Shown one piece after another: positions 1 through 11,537 of a stretch of DNA of 64,000 nt (the first letter of the stretch is position 1; each line of letters starts with the position of its first letter). The notes under the pieces are model-generated. The model worked only from the letters and a program-made list of their open reading frames with translations. It searched no databases and was not told where the DNA came from. Source of the DNA: Albugo candida (taxonomy: Eukaryota); contig JBDOQK010000010.1 in assembly GCA_040437565.1 (NCBI GenBank), positions 496,001-560,000 of the forward strand. The letters are read 5' to 3'. The position numbers and the translations under genes were made by a program.

Positions 1-3000
1 GCTTCCCAGTAAGCTGTTCATTTTCCAGATGCGTATTGTGAATATGAATGGTTTTTGTCACCCCATTCAAGTACCAGTACACATATACAAACGTAGACCG
101 TTCATTAGGTCCTCTGGGTGGTAAAGTGAAGCTATGCGTTTGATTTGGATGGTCAATCGCAATTTCCAACTGCAGGTCTGGTACAGGAATGGCCGAAAAG
201 GATAATAAAATCTTTCTTTCAAGTGGATGCAGAAAATAAGCTTCGTCCCATCCAAAACACAAGCTATCGCCCGACGCAAGGGTCTGACGCACACCTCGAT
301 TGTACTCGCAAATTGTCCTCCTTCCATCCTCAGAAGCCGGGCTAAGCTCGCCCGCTCCACCAGCAAATTTCTGTTGTATATAGAGAGTTACGTCATTCAC
401 TGAATTGATGATACGATACAAGGGATACTGATCGCTTTCTTCGCTGGTTAAAAGCACGGAAACCTGACCCGAATCTTCCGCACGCACTTCTACACGAATC
501 ACATGAACTTTGTTTGAATTAAGACTCGTGAGTTTGATTGCGGCCTCTCCAATGTCGTGTAAGGAGAATTGACCGCTCCATCGCCACGTTTCAGGGGAAC
601 TATCAAGAGATTTCAATCCGTTTGCTCCAGATAGTTTTAGAAGACGAACACAAAAGTCTGTTGGGATAGCGCTTGAGTTCCAATGAAATGGTGTACAAGA
701 ATGACAAGGAATAAGTGTCCCCGTACAAGCCGCCTGATTAGGCGTGTCGGCGAGACTGAAAAAGCTGGGGATATCTTGTCGACCACTTCGGATTCCTTGT
801 GATGAGCAGCACAGCAATTCATGATCCGTGTGATTTGCGAAAATGTATCGTTCATAAAACGTGACATTTGTCATGCCCCATGTGTCGACTTGTTCGAGCC
901 GGACGGTGAGATCCTTCCACAGCTGATTCGATTCATCAAGAACTCTCAGGCTCTTTGAGAAGCCGCCAATAGCAGCCTCCATGTTGACCTGCGAGTTGCT
1001 AAACTGAGAAGCACGAAGGCTGTTTTCCATTCCCACATTGAGAAGATTCGTCGATGACACGTAGTAAGCGCTTGAATGTGTATTACTGGCTTCCTGGTCA
1101 GAATTGAGATCATCTTTCAATGAGGCAGCATTATGTGCTTCCATTTCACGCGTCCAACCGCTTATACTCATTCTTTTCTCCATTCCGACATCGCGGGTAG
1201 AGCGTTGTGGATTTTTAAATGCATTTAATTTTGCATGCAAGAATTCTAATCGTGGAGTGTCACAGAACTTGATGTTTTGATGATGATCCGTATCCTCGAC
1301 GGTCTTCGGCTTACTCGTGATTCTGTTTTGCATCCCAAAAGTGGATGTCGCCAAATTATACATTGATTTGACTGCCACTCCTACTGCTGCTTGTGGTGAT
1401 TTCATCCGATTTATATCACATGGCTCGAATCGAAGGGGAAGATCTACTGTCTCATTACGTATTACAAACCTGGGCTGAATGATCACTTTTTGCGTTGTAT
1501 TAGAGCCCGGGGACCGAGTGGGTTGAATCACGTTTAAGGTCGCTGCACGCATGCAGAAATCCTGCACGGTACACAGCGTTTGTTTGGAATGACTCGTGGG
1601 TATTGTGGCTGTGGTAGGAGCTGATGCTCGAGTCGACAATCCTGAAGGCTGTTGCTTTTCATTGGTAGTGTTTTGTAAGCGTGACAGTGGTGACGAAAGA
1701 AAATTCGCAGCCGCTGTAAATGCGGATAAAGTAATTGGATGATCGAGCTCGGTAGAGAGTAGGAATAACTTGCTCCAACTGTCACCAGTGATAGAAATTG
1801 AGCAAAACGTTTCTTCGGTAAGGGACGAATATGTCAAATTGAGCTTTCTCTGTGGCCCTACCTTCTCCGAAGAAACAAGGTGAAAGCATCCTCGATCTTG
1901 CCCGGTAGATGATTTCAGTTTCTTGTAGACAAAGACCACCACGTAAATGGTCACTGGGCACTTATTCTCGAAACTCACTGGAGCCTGAAGTCGGATGGAA
2001 GTGAAGTGATTATCAGAGCCTGGAGATAGTGCGGGGAATGTTTGTGTGATATACTTGAGGTAAAATCCATTAGCTTTACAGCTTTGGCTCTGGTGAAGGG
2101 GCTTTGTGCCGTCCAGAATCCTTTGACATTGACAAGTATAATCGGATAGCATTAAAGGAGACGTAATACTGCTTTCAAGTACCATCTTTGATTTACTGCT
2201 AAGGAAAATCTCATTGCTCCAGCGATGTTTTTCTGTGTCTTGATTTGAAGCGCTGTAAGGACGCGTTACGAGCCGGATAGCGTCAGACGTACTGGTAAAC
2301 AAAGTGACTGGAATTCCGCGAAATCCGTGTGGTTCTATAACCCCGATGTCGAGTACCGGGTTTGTTCGATCGACAATGACTCCAAAAGATAAAGGACTAT
2401 CTGTATCATTATATACTCGGGCAGTCGAAGAAACAATGATATTTCTGTACCCCAAAGTCGTCGAGATCTCGAGAAGCACTTGGATCGGCTTCACCGACAA
2501 TTTCACAAGCGAACACTCAGTATTTTCAGGTGATGTCATCGTCTTCACTTGCGTAGGACGCAAGGTATACACATAGCTTCCTACACTCTGTACATTAACA
2601 TTCGTCATGGGTAACCAGGATTCATCTTCCCCAAGACTAAAAGTGAATGCGTGATCACGTGTCTTGGTTGGATGCATGGCAGTAGGAAGCTTGAGCGGAA
2701 CTTTTTTCCCAGGAAGAAGTACTTCTTTGGCAAAAGACGAGTGTCGACTTTCTCTTTCGTAACTAAGTACTCGTGAACGACCTAGATATCCCTCCTGACT
2801 ATTGCCATTACCAAGAAAAAATGTAATTGGAATACCACAATCATTCTCAAAGTAGAATCCGGATGAGATGACACTTGCGGTCGGAATGTGAGTATCTTCG
2901 ATCTTTTGGGTTGATGCGAGATGCTCAGCACTTTGCTTGAATTGTTGTATTTTTTTGAGTATTTTGCACATGGTATCAAGCAGAAAAGGAGAAAAGTTGA

Positions 3001-6000
3001 TATTCAGTGGATGGAGCTCACTTCCATCGAAATTGATGGAGACCGTAATTTTTCCCGCTTGTGGTTTTAGCTCTGGCTTCTCATAAGGGTCGTTTATCGA
3101 TATATGTAAAGCTAGACTGAACATCCATGGTTCCATAATGGGCTCCCACGCTCCCAAAACAGAATTGAATCCCCAAATACTCATCCCTTCTTCTTCTTCC
3201 AATTCATGAAATCCTTCAAGAGAATCAGTGAAATAAAGAAAAAGCTTGATGCTGGTCGCAGCCAGCGTTTCTTTTGACGACTTTATTGTCCCAGCTGACC
3301 CCATAGCATCTCCTTTTTCGATTCCAGGAGATGAATGGGTAAAGATCTCAGCGTCTTGGTGTATGCATTCCAATACCATATTGATCTTGCTAATGTAACA
3401 TCGAACCATCGGAATGAAATACTCTCCGATATCGCAGACGTAGGAAAAGCTTGCGTTGTCCATTGCGATGATAAAAGATAATGCTGGCGAAGAAGTATGC
3501 GTCAGCTGCCTGTCCAATGATGTATGTTGTTTCAGATACTTAGTTTTGAAGATATTGGCCGCGAGAACAAGCATCAGCAAGTCAAGATGACACACAATGA
3601 CATTCACATTCGTAAGGGCGACAGAAACTTTGCATAGAGGTGCAGGGCTTGATTGGTTTGTTACATCGACATCAAGGGTGATGTCTTGACACAAGAAGCG
3701 AGCAGTATCAGGTAATGATTCGTCTGATGTATCTTCTTGCTTCGAGGATGAAAGATGTCCTAAATCGTCATTTCTCTCATGTGGAGGCCATTGTCGCGAT
3801 ATCTCCATCGATACTTTTCTTCCAAATATCTGCACATTGCTACACGAAGTTGCTGAGGTACAAAATCGCACGATGAAGCATCCCGAAATAATCAAGTGAA
3901 GGGCCTGGTCCTCCTCTTCTTCGCTGTCATTATCACTATCCTCCCGTTGATCAATTTGATTAGCTATGATTTCTGAGCTATGTCTAATCGGGAACGTTCC
4001 AGCTTGCGACTTGATATGCCTAGATAAAAGGATGTGCATGATTCCTGTTGTCATTGAAAAGTTGATGGGGCTCGTCGGAATGATCTCACGAAACAGAAAT
4101 TCTGTCTGATTTAAGACCGGTAACAAAGCTGTGATAAATGAAAGAAACATTGGAGTGATCGCAACGGCACTGATATGGGTTTTGATTTCTAACGACGAAC
4201 TACATTCGGAGGGGTTGGGCACTCCTGTGTTCAATGTCAAGCTAAGTGCATCAAATATGTTTTCCGACTCCGACTTGGCAACGAAAATATCGGCACATAG
4301 CAGGAACGCCATTTCCTCATCGTCTTGTGAGCAGCGAGTTTTTGTCAACATTTTTTCCAGGCCATCAGCACCCACATCATCCGTGAATGACGCTAGTAGC
4401 CATATTTGCGAATTACTGCATGTCAACTGATATTCCTGACGTAAAGTCGAGTATCCATGCAGCTTCAATTTGACGTCTGCAAAATCGAACTCACTGATAA
4501 CTCGGCGTCTTCCATCAATATTAGACACATCTCCAAGATGACTCGAATAAGGTTCTAGTAGTCTGAAGCAAAAATCTCCGAACACAATCTCAACATTGTG
4601 AGTCAGAAAATCATCTGTAGTTGGGATCTGGGATGGTAATAAACTCACGACTGAAAAGTTCTCCTCAACCAAGCATACAAATAATTGAATTTGAGCATCA
4701 TCGAGGCAAATCACGATAGGATCGGCTTCGTGTTGCTCAATGTTACTGTTGTGCTCCACCAATGAGTCTTCATTATGATGCATGGAATCTAGTTCTGATG
4801 GACTTGTAGCCACGCGAATTTGCAACTGAAATACATCTTTGCATGTTTGCTGAAGCTCCGACAATACTTGATTATTCACATGTTCCTCTTGGTCAGACGA
4901 AAAAGAGCTGCAAATTTTTGGAAGTTTAAGAAGACGATTTGCTTGTACACTAGGCTGCGTGATCTCTCTCGTCGTATCAATGGCCTCGTCAAAAGAAGCT
5001 ACAGCATCTGTATGTGGTCGATTGAGGACTGGAACGTAACTCAGTATATCAATATCGCTTAGTTCTAAGCGATACTGCTGCTTGTTTGCCATTCTGCAGT
5101 TCCGTTCGCTGGATAAATGAGCATGAGCTACATCAATTTGCAATTTCTCTGGTTTTCGTTTCCTTTCGAAGGCACTAGAAAGAGCCCCACGTGGAATATC
5201 AATTTCGATTTGATGGATTGAAATTCCGACTTGAACATTATTGTCGTCAATGTTACTTGTTCTTGGGGAAGAATGGGAGGTTGTTGCATTATCAAAAATT
5301 ACCACTTGTTCATGTAAATGATCGAAAAGTGTACAAATATGTCCATGGATGTAATGTACTCGTAAGTTTGATGCACTCATATTGATATGGTTTCTGAGAT
5401 CACTGATATTATCGATAGGATGAGCAGGTGCATGATATTGCATTTTTGCTACTGTTTTGTCAACTTGGATTAGTGTATACGTCTCGTGGTCAATTGCTGC
5501 ACAAGTTGTAGATGATTCTGGCCTTGCAATATCTAGAACTTGATTGTGCTTGTCAATGACGTGGTGATAAGACTCTAGAATAAGCGAATTGTCAATGTTG
5601 AATTCTGCAATCATACAATCGACTGAATCACGTGTAATCATGCCATGTATATCACACACAGATAATCTGAACGATAACTTTTGTAAAGTATCACCTGCTG
5701 GTTGTAAATTAAGCAGACATTCTGCAATGTCAATGTTCAAAATGATTTTCCCCAAAAGATATTCCAATGGCTTCCGCTTGGTCAAGGAATTCGTGTCTGT
5801 ATTGCGAATACTCGGAATGTCGTTTGCGCAATCTGATTGACACAAATATGACTGAAAGAAATCAAATACTAACATATGATCCCAGTGTCCGATAACACGA
5901 TTTACTCGTAGCATGATTTTGATCGGACTGAGTGTCGAGTTTACAAGAATGGAAGCTTGCTCCATCTCGATCAGCACAGATGTAATCTCTTGTGATGAAT

Positions 6001-9000
6001 CACTTGATTCTTGTTTTGTTCCACCCGGGAGATCCTCATATTTCATATCTTGTAGGTTCTCCATAAACGCCCTTACGAGAGATGGCTTATGCTTAGATCT
6101 TTTGGCTACTTGACTGGTTTGAATAGCTTCTGTTACAACCTGCTTACAGATCAGAAAGTGTTCAAATCGTAAATGAACGGAGGTGGGTAGCGACGCCCCC
6201 TTTATTTCCAAATTGATGTGCTGGATCTGAAATAAAAGATTCACTATTTTCGCATTGTGAGCAAGAAAGACACCTTCCAGTACGACATAAATATCTGGAA
6301 TAACCACTTTGATACAAATGTTCTCTTCAGCTGTTTCACAAGCGGTTTTTGTAGCATTAGGTTGCTTATGTTGAGCTCCGATGCCTGACGAAATTGCGCG
6401 TTCTTTTTTCAATGAAGACTCGCTTGTTGAATTCGAGTGAGATTCGCAAGACTGACTAGAATCCTTCCAAGAATTGGATGCTTGCAGTATCTGATAGTAC
6501 TGCTCTCTCGATAATGCGAGAAAAATTGGTGGTAGGGTACATGTCACGAAATATTTGAGTGATCGATGGAGCTGCCTTATGACAGCCAATTCCAGTAAAA
6601 ATTTGGTTTTCTTTAAGACAACTGATCTGCTCCGCTTATCAATCGACAAGAGCCTATTGGTGACGGACCATAAATCGTTTTCGTTTTCTTCCTTGTGTAT
6701 TGTAAATTTTGAAGGTGACATTGCGGTGTGTAGAGAGCTCATAAAAAACATCTGCACAGTCTTGATTGAAAATACGAAATTGTCGGGTATGTCCTTATTA
6801 TATATATGCAAATCGTAAAAGCACATTTCGACTATGGGAGAAACCATATTGCTGAGCACCAAGACTTCGATTCTAGAGAGGTTAACGCTGAACTCAAGCC
6901 TTCTCACCGTACTCTTATCCGATACCGTGCGTGCAAGGGATTCATGCTGTGCTGGTTGCGCCTTGATAATGGTGTTTTTCATCCAGGATGATGATAAAGT
7001 GAGGACTTCACTAGCGTTTTCTTTCAAAATTGGTACTGCTTGCTTCACATGAGCTGAGAAGTAGCTTTCTAGCCTTCTGATCACGTTCATGTTGTATATC
7101 ATTCGAATTGGACGCATTGAAAAACTTAAAATGAGTTTAGATTGAGAGGATTCAATTGCCAATTTGAAAAGAGTCTTCGCCTCATCTTTATCATCTTCCG
7201 CAGGAAGTGCGTACATGAGTGGCTGAACCACACGAGATGTATTCTTCAGTGGAACTTCTTGTATGGTTTCTGTCCTAGGAATGTATTCAATTATCTGCGA
7301 TCTGTGAATGTTGAATGTGACGCGATAGGCATCTCTTCGCTGGAGATGTGCTATGACCAATTCACTGAATTCTAAACGGATAAACTCTCGAGTATTGTTT
7401 GCAAGTGTCGGCGTTTTCTGATCCAAGACAGAGACTAGAGAGAGTGTCATGCTTGAAACTAACGCATCCATAGTAAATAACAAATCTTCACGCTTCGCAA
7501 TCATGCTTGGATGTTTGGTGCTTGCACGTATCATATGATCAGCTACCGTTATGTAAATCGCAATACGTTCATTCAAATCCATTTGAGACCTGTAATCGAA
7601 ATCTATATCGACACTTTCCTTGCTGCTATCTGTTTTCCCATGACCCTTCCATTTTGACCTCCAATTAGAAATCTTCTTTCCGGAATTTTGACGAGAGTCT
7701 TCCAATCTAAATTCTTCTCTAGAACATAAGCGAAAAAAGACTATCGTCTCAACATCGAGCTCGTCCTCAAGATCCAGTAGTTGATTACGTATGCACATGA
7801 TGGTTTCTGGAACAGATTTTCCCATTGCAGCCCGAAAAACCTTTTTTTGCAAAGTTATATACTGTTTCCGAGCAAACCAAAGCTTGATGAATAAGTTCCA
7901 AGTGCATTTTCGACGAGTTGTGCCTAAAACAGATGCATTGCCTAAATCAAGTCCAATTGTACTTTTCGAGTGCGACGGTAATGAATAAAATATACCGGCA
8001 CCGAAGAAAGCGTATTGCCACCACAATTTCGCATGGCCTTTGGCGCCTCCTTGTGGTCGCTTTCGGCGAATATGGATTCTTTTCAAAAAAATTTCATGCG
8101 CTGAAACGAAGTTAACTAGACATACAAGGTCATTACACTGGGAAGGACTAAGTGAAGCTCGGATAGATCCAATTTCGGTCGAAAATTGAAAACGAGGTAT
8201 GGTGAAGTAAGTAGTTTCGTCGTGATTGATGGTCAGCTTGATTGTAAGATGTATGGGGTGGAAAATATGATGTCCGTGATAGTGGTCCGAAGTTGACATT
8301 GGTGATATCAATTTGGCATTCCTGGTTGCGAGAAGCTCTGGTACGGACATTCCATTGATACAATAAATAGCTCCGCTTTTCACTTCTAAACATTTATGTA
8401 AAAAGGGTGTGTGGGACTGCGCTCTATCAACAAATGTAACGTGTCCATTAGCGTTAGTCGTTTGCACGACGACACTCTCAACAACACATCCAAATGCCAT
8501 AGCGCCAGAAGAAATTGCCGCATGAATGTCTTCGAATCTGAAATGAATGTTTCGTAATTCAAGACTCACGTTATCGATGACATTGTGCATGATCTTATCC
8601 CGAAATCCCCAGTTAGCTGTTGCATCAGCTGTATTATTGTGTGTCCCTCCATTGGTATTCAATAGAGCAGTTGTACCATCGTTCTTTGTCTTTTCTAAGA
8701 TCTCTCTGACGCGAATTTCCTGTTGCTTTGCCCAACGGCGACGTGCTTCATACTTTTCCGATATCTCCTGTTGTTTTTCTAATGAGGAAGATTCTCCTCC
8801 ATGAGAAGGCTCTGCCAAAATGAATATATCTTCCATGACAATTTTCACAGCTCTCTCTCTCAATCGTTTCCAGGGAACCTTTATCTTCAAGCTTCCAACT
8901 GAGGCTTGAATGATTTGCATAGGAAATTGAAGTTTGTCCAGAGCACGTACGTTCAGTTTTAGATCGTGAAACTCAACTTTACCGCTAAATATTCCAATCT

Positions 9001-9079
9001 TCATATTGTCAACATCGATTCCTTCAATCCATTCGGACACGTACTCGGCCAGAACTGCTTCTATAAGCTTCTCGAACAT
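1..9079 (-). CDS. VPS13: VPS13-family bridge-like lipid transfer protein, 3' end beyond the window (>=3026 aa)
   Basis: ATG at 9079 reads MFEKLIEAVLAEYVSEWIEGIDVDNMKIGIFSGKVEFHDLKLNVRALDKLQFPMQIIQASVGSLKIKVPWKRL (chorein-N). Near 400-900 the same frame reads FYERYIFANHT...WRWSGQFSL...IRVEV...YPLYRIIN (VAB/SHR-BD repeats). The ORF track lists no ORF in this frame, consistent with no stop before the window edge. Confidence 0.95.
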   Translation of the reverse strand, partial: MFEKLIEAVLAEYVSEWIEGIDVDNMKIGIFSGKVEFHDLKLNVRALDKLQFPMQIIQASVGSLKIKVPWKRLRERAVKIVMEDIFILAEPSHGGESSSLEKQQEISEKYEARRRWAKQQEIRVREILEKTKNDGTTALLNTNGGTHNNTADATANWGFRDKIMHNVIDNVSLELRNIHFRFEDIHAAISSGAMAFGCVVESVVVQTTNANGHVTFVDRAQSHTPFLHKCLEVKSGAIYCINGMSVPELLATRNAKLISPMSTSDHYHGHHIFHPIHLTIKLTINHDETTYFTIPRFQFSTEIGSIRASLSPSQCNDLVCLVNFVSAHEIFLKRIHIRRKRPQGGAKGHAKLWWQYAFFGAGIFYSLPSHSKSTIGLDLGNASVLGTTRRKCTWNLFIKLWFARKQYITLQKKVFRAAMGKSVPETIMCIRNQLLDLEDELDVETIVFFRLCSREEFRLEDSRQNSGKKISNWRSKWKGHGKTDSSKESVDIDFDYRSQMDLNERIAIYITVADHMIRASTKHPSMIAKREDLLFTMDALVSSMTLSLVSVLDQKTPTLANNTREFIRLEFSELVIAHLQRRDAYRVTFNIHRSQIIEYIPRTETIQEVPLKNTSRVVQPLMYALPAEDDKDEAKTLFKLAIESSQSKLILSFSMRPIRMIYNMNVIRRLESYFSAHVKQAVPILKENASEVLTLSSSWMKNTIIKAQPAQHESLARTVSDKSTVRRLEFSVNLSRIEVLVLSNMVSPIVEMCFYDLHIYNKDIPDNFVFSIKTVQMFFMSSLHTAMSPSKFTIHKEENENDLWSVTNRLLSIDKRSRSVVLKKTKFLLELAVIRQLHRSLKYFVTCTLPPIFLALSREQYYQILQASNSWKDSSQSCESHSNSTSESSLKKERAISSGIGAQHKQPNATKTACETAEENICIKVVIPDIYVVLEGVFLAHNAKIVNLLFQIQHINLEIKGASLPTSVHLRFEHFLICKQVVTEAIQTSQVAKRSKHKPSLVRAFMENLQDMKYEDLPGGTKQESSDSSQEITSVLIEMEQASILVNSTLSPIKIMLRVNRVIGHWDHMLVFDFFQSYLCQSDCANDIPSIRNTDTNSLTKRKPLEYLLGKIILNIDIAECLLNLQPAGDTLQKLSFRLSVCDIHGMITRDSVDCMIAEFNIDNSLILESYHHVIDKHNQVLDIARPESSTTCAAIDHETYTLIQVDKTVAKMQYHAPAHPIDNISDLRNHINMSASNLRVHYIHGHICTLFDHLHEQVVIFDNATTSHSSPRTSNIDDNNVQVGISIHQIEIDIPRGALSSAFERKRKPEKLQIDVAHAHLSSERNCRMANKQQYRLELSDIDILSYVPVLNRPHTDAVASFDEAIDTTREITQPSVQANRLLKLPKICSSFSSDQEEHVNNQVLSELQQTCKDVFQLQIRVATSPSELDSMHHNEDSLVEHNSNIEQHEADPIVICLDDAQIQLFVCLVEENFSVVSLLPSQIPTTDDFLTHNVEIVFGDFCFRLLEPYSSHLGDVSNIDGRRRVISEFDFADVKLKLHGYSTLRQEYQLTCSNSQIWLLASFTDDVGADGLEKMLTKTRCSQDDEEMAFLLCADIFVAKSESENIFDALSLTLNTGVPNPSECSSSLEIKTHISAVAITPMFLSFITALLPVLNQTEFLFREIIPTSPINFSMTTGIMHILLSRHIKSQAGTFPIRHSSEIIANQIDQREDSDNDSEEEEDQALHLIISGCFIVRFCTSATSCSNVQIFGRKVSMEISRQWPPHERNDDLGHLSSSKQEDTSDESLPDTARFLCQDITLDVDVTNQSSPAPLCKVSVALTNVNVIVCHLDLLMLVLAANIFKTKYLKQHTSLDRQLTHTSSPALSFIIAMDNASFSYVCDIGEYFIPMVRCYISKINMVLECIHQDAEIFTHSSPGIEKGDAMGSAGTIKSSKETLAATSIKLFLYFTDSLEGFHELEEEEGMSIWGFNSVLGAWEPIMEPWMFSLALHISINDPYEKPELKPQAGKITVSINFDGSELHPLNINFSPFLLDTMCKILKKIQQFKQSAEHLASTQKIEDTHIPTASVISSGFYFENDCGIPITFFLGNGNSQEGYLGRSRVLSYERESRHSSFAKEVLLPGKKVPLKLPTAMHPTKTRDHAFTFSLGEDESWLPMTNVNVQSVGSYVYTLRPTQVKTMTSPENTECSLVKLSVKPIQVLLEISTTLGYRNIIVSSTARVYNDTDSPLSFGVIVDRTNPVLDIGVIEPHGFRGIPVTLFTSTSDAIRLVTRPYSASNQDTEKHRWSNEIFLSSKSKMVLESSITSPLMLSDYTCQCQRILDGTKPLHQSQSCKANGFYLKYITQTFPALSPGSDNHFTSIRLQAPVSFENKCPVTIYVVVFVYKKLKSSTGQDRGCFHLVSSEKVGPQRKLNLTYSSLTEETFCSISITGDSWSKLFLLSTELDHPITLSAFTAAANFLSSPLSRLQNTTNEKQQPSGLSTRASAPTTATIPTSHSKQTLCTVQDFCMRAATLNVIQPTRSPGSNTTQKVIIQPRFVIRNETVDLPLRFEPCDINRMKSPQAAVGVAVKSMYNLATSTFGMQNRITSKPKTVEDTDHHQNIKFCDTPRLEFLHAKLNAFKNPQRSTRDVGMEKRMSISGWTREMEAHNAASLKDDLNSDQEASNTHSSAYYVSSTNLLNVGMENSLRASQFSNSQVNMEAAIGGFSKSLRVLDESNQLWKDLTVRLEQVDTWGMTNVTFYERYIFANHTDHELLCCSSQGIRSGRQDIPSFFSLADTPNQAACTGTLIPCHSCTPFHWNSSAIPTDFCVRLLKLSGANGLKSLDSSPETWRWSGQFSLHDIGEAAIKLTSLNSNKVHVIRVEVRAEDSGQVSVLLTSEESDQYPLYRIINSVNDVTLYIQQKFAGGAGELSPASEDGRRTICEYNRGVRQTLASGDSLCFGWDEAYFLHPLERKILLSFSAIPVPDLQLEIAIDHPNQTHSFTLPPRGPNERSTFVYVYWYLNGVTKTIHIHNTHLENEQLTGK

Positions 9080-9734
9080 CTCAGATTTTGAATATTGCTT
9101 CTAGCTGTGCAATTTTAGCACTATGACAGAAGCACAACTAATAACGACTAATGTCTCTTCAAGATTGATCAATTCTATCGTGAAAGTACGTTCGGACATG
9201 CGACGAACCTTGTCCAAGTACGCTATCAAACATGCTGCAAGAAGCCGAGCCTTATCAGGGAACTAGAGCGTTCGTAAGTAAGGTTTACTTTGGGTATATG
9301 CCTTTTGCGTCGAGATAGATAATGTACACAGGGTTGAGCGCGATAGCTTTAGAAATTGAAGTAGTACAATTGTGCTGGAACTGAATTGACTTGTATGTAC
9401 AATCATGTTAGCTCATGACCGCTACATATTTGAACGTATGAAAGCCTCATATTGAATATAGAAGCGCTTACGAAGTTAAAGAAGGTTCAGCCACAAGTTC
9501 AGCACCATCCGAGCATATGTGGCGACTACAAGTCCCGGGAAGCGGCGTACTGTTTTTAAGTTTGATATTTCGATATGATCTCAGCGGAAGATTAGGTTCA
9601 AAGACTGGGTATAGGACGCTACCACGGTTGAGAACCTTATAAAATATTAGTTTTAGTACTTCGTGATTTGCTGCACTGGTGGTAAAGCTCCAGGATCGTT
9701 GTCAGGCCCGTCAAGTGACGTTCGAAATCGGTAT

Positions 9735-10531
9735 TTAGGAGTCTTCGAATTGATCAGGATTCAGTACACCAATGCTAGCCAACCTCTTTGCCAACTACAT
9801 TTTTAAGTTAGGTAAGTCAGTAAGGGTGGAAAGTCAATGGCTGGGGAATGTGTACTCCTTCATACCGCGAAGGTGGAAAACTTGTCAGCTTCAAGCGCAC
9901 GGAGCGAGTCTTTTGATGCAGAAGGATCATCAACCAAACCTTCGAATCCCACAATTCGCTCCGGGAACGCCACACCATTACGAAAGCCAAGAATTGTTGG
10001 TAAAACTCGAATATTCAGTCTTTCGACGAAAAATGGTGCCTTCTCAGCATTAATTTTCAAGAATTTACATTCTATATGCTTTGACGATAGTTGACCGAGA
10101 TGCTGATCCATGATTTTGCACCTCTCAAACTCGTTATGATAAAAGTGAACGACGACAAGCTCACTGGAAGTAACGTTGGGAAGAAATTCATCTTGTGTTA
10201 TTTCCTGATATTCTCCGTGGCCCTTAGATAATAATTGTTGTTTACGAATATGTTCAGCCTTGAGCTGCTCTATCCTTTTTTCTCTGAGTTCTCGAAGCTC
10301 TCTATCGTCCTCGTCAGAAAAATCCTGTTCGGCATCTAACGCTGCTTTTATAACTCTTGTTGCAGTCGGCTGTGTCACAATTTCTTTGGCATCCGACACC
10401 GGATGTTGATACTCTGTGGAATTATCATTGCTGTGGATATCTTGTAGATCATGCATTGCTTCAAGTAAGCGACTGGATGCTTCCACATGAGCCTCAGCGT
10501 TGAAGAAGCCGCCTCCAAACTTTGAAGCCAT
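9735..10531 (-). CDS. TXNDC9: Phosducin-like protein 3 / thioredoxin domain-containing 9; exons 9866-10531 and 9735-9794
   Basis: LREKRIEQLK...GHGEYQEI...VVVHFYHNEFERCKIMDQHL...KFLKINAEKAPFFVERLNIRVLPT...RIVGFE. GT-AG intron 9795-9865 gives the C-terminus LAKRLASIGVLNPDQFEDS*. Confidence 0.9.
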
Positions 10532-11537
10532 TCAGGACGAATATACTGATGTGATGCCAATGTTAGGACTTTCAAGGTACCGAGTCCATCATGAAAACAT
10601 AGCCCATATTAAACCAATCAGACCGTGAGAATCTTTGTGGCCAGTCACCAATCCACAAGATATCACCGCGCAATGCCGAAAGTACAGTATTCTACTGTAC
10701 AGAGTCCCGCATACTTAACCAGAATGGTCGGTTAGGAATATCTCAACAAAATGCAGTCAGCACGTTACGCTATTACACTTACTTCCGTATGTTCCGAGAG
10801 AGTCCTGGTAATGGATCATTCTCACTTGAAAGCCTTCTGAGCGGCACTGTTTTTATCATGGAGTGCCGGACCGATTTCGTACAGCTTGTACGTGATTTGC
10901 TAGAACGCCTATCGTGGGCCTGAACAGGATCTACATCAGCTGATTTATAGCATAAATGACCACATTTGTTTCGACAACCTCAACGCTGTTGATGTAACAA
11001 GTTTGCTTGGAGAATCTATGGTGATATTCGTACATCCGCGAACCTAACCAACAACTCCGTCGACTCACCCTTCACCCCCGCCGTCTGCTCTTGACGCTTA
11101 TAAGGTCGCCATATGTACTGACTTTTGTGTATCATCGGTGCAGCGCCGTATGGAAAGTTAACATGACGATTAGCTATAGCGATGAAGTGATCTGAGAAAA
11201 TGTTTACAAGATCTTATATACTTCTGAAGGAGCTCGCTTGTAATCAACTGTTTTCAACATGCATAAAAAGACCTGCCGGTGAAACGTAAATTCATATTCT
11301 ATTCAGAGCGATTCGCGCTCACCTTTTTTTTCAATGTTGTCGCCTTTTGCCACAAAGTGCATGAATGCAATCAATCGCCCTGCACAATATTGTTAATATC
11401 ATTTGATCGGAGATCGATGAAATGACTGGAGCTGAACAGCCCAGCTTGATGGTATGCTTTATCAAGAATGAACAATTGATTGTTGAGTACTTCCTACGTT
11501 GTAGATGCCAGTTGTCAGCAGTATTATCCTGTTAGTA

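Noticed and set aside
67-8804. Many 60-99 aa ORFs in the track
   Set aside because: Off-frame or antisense shadows of VPS13 with no recognisable motifs.
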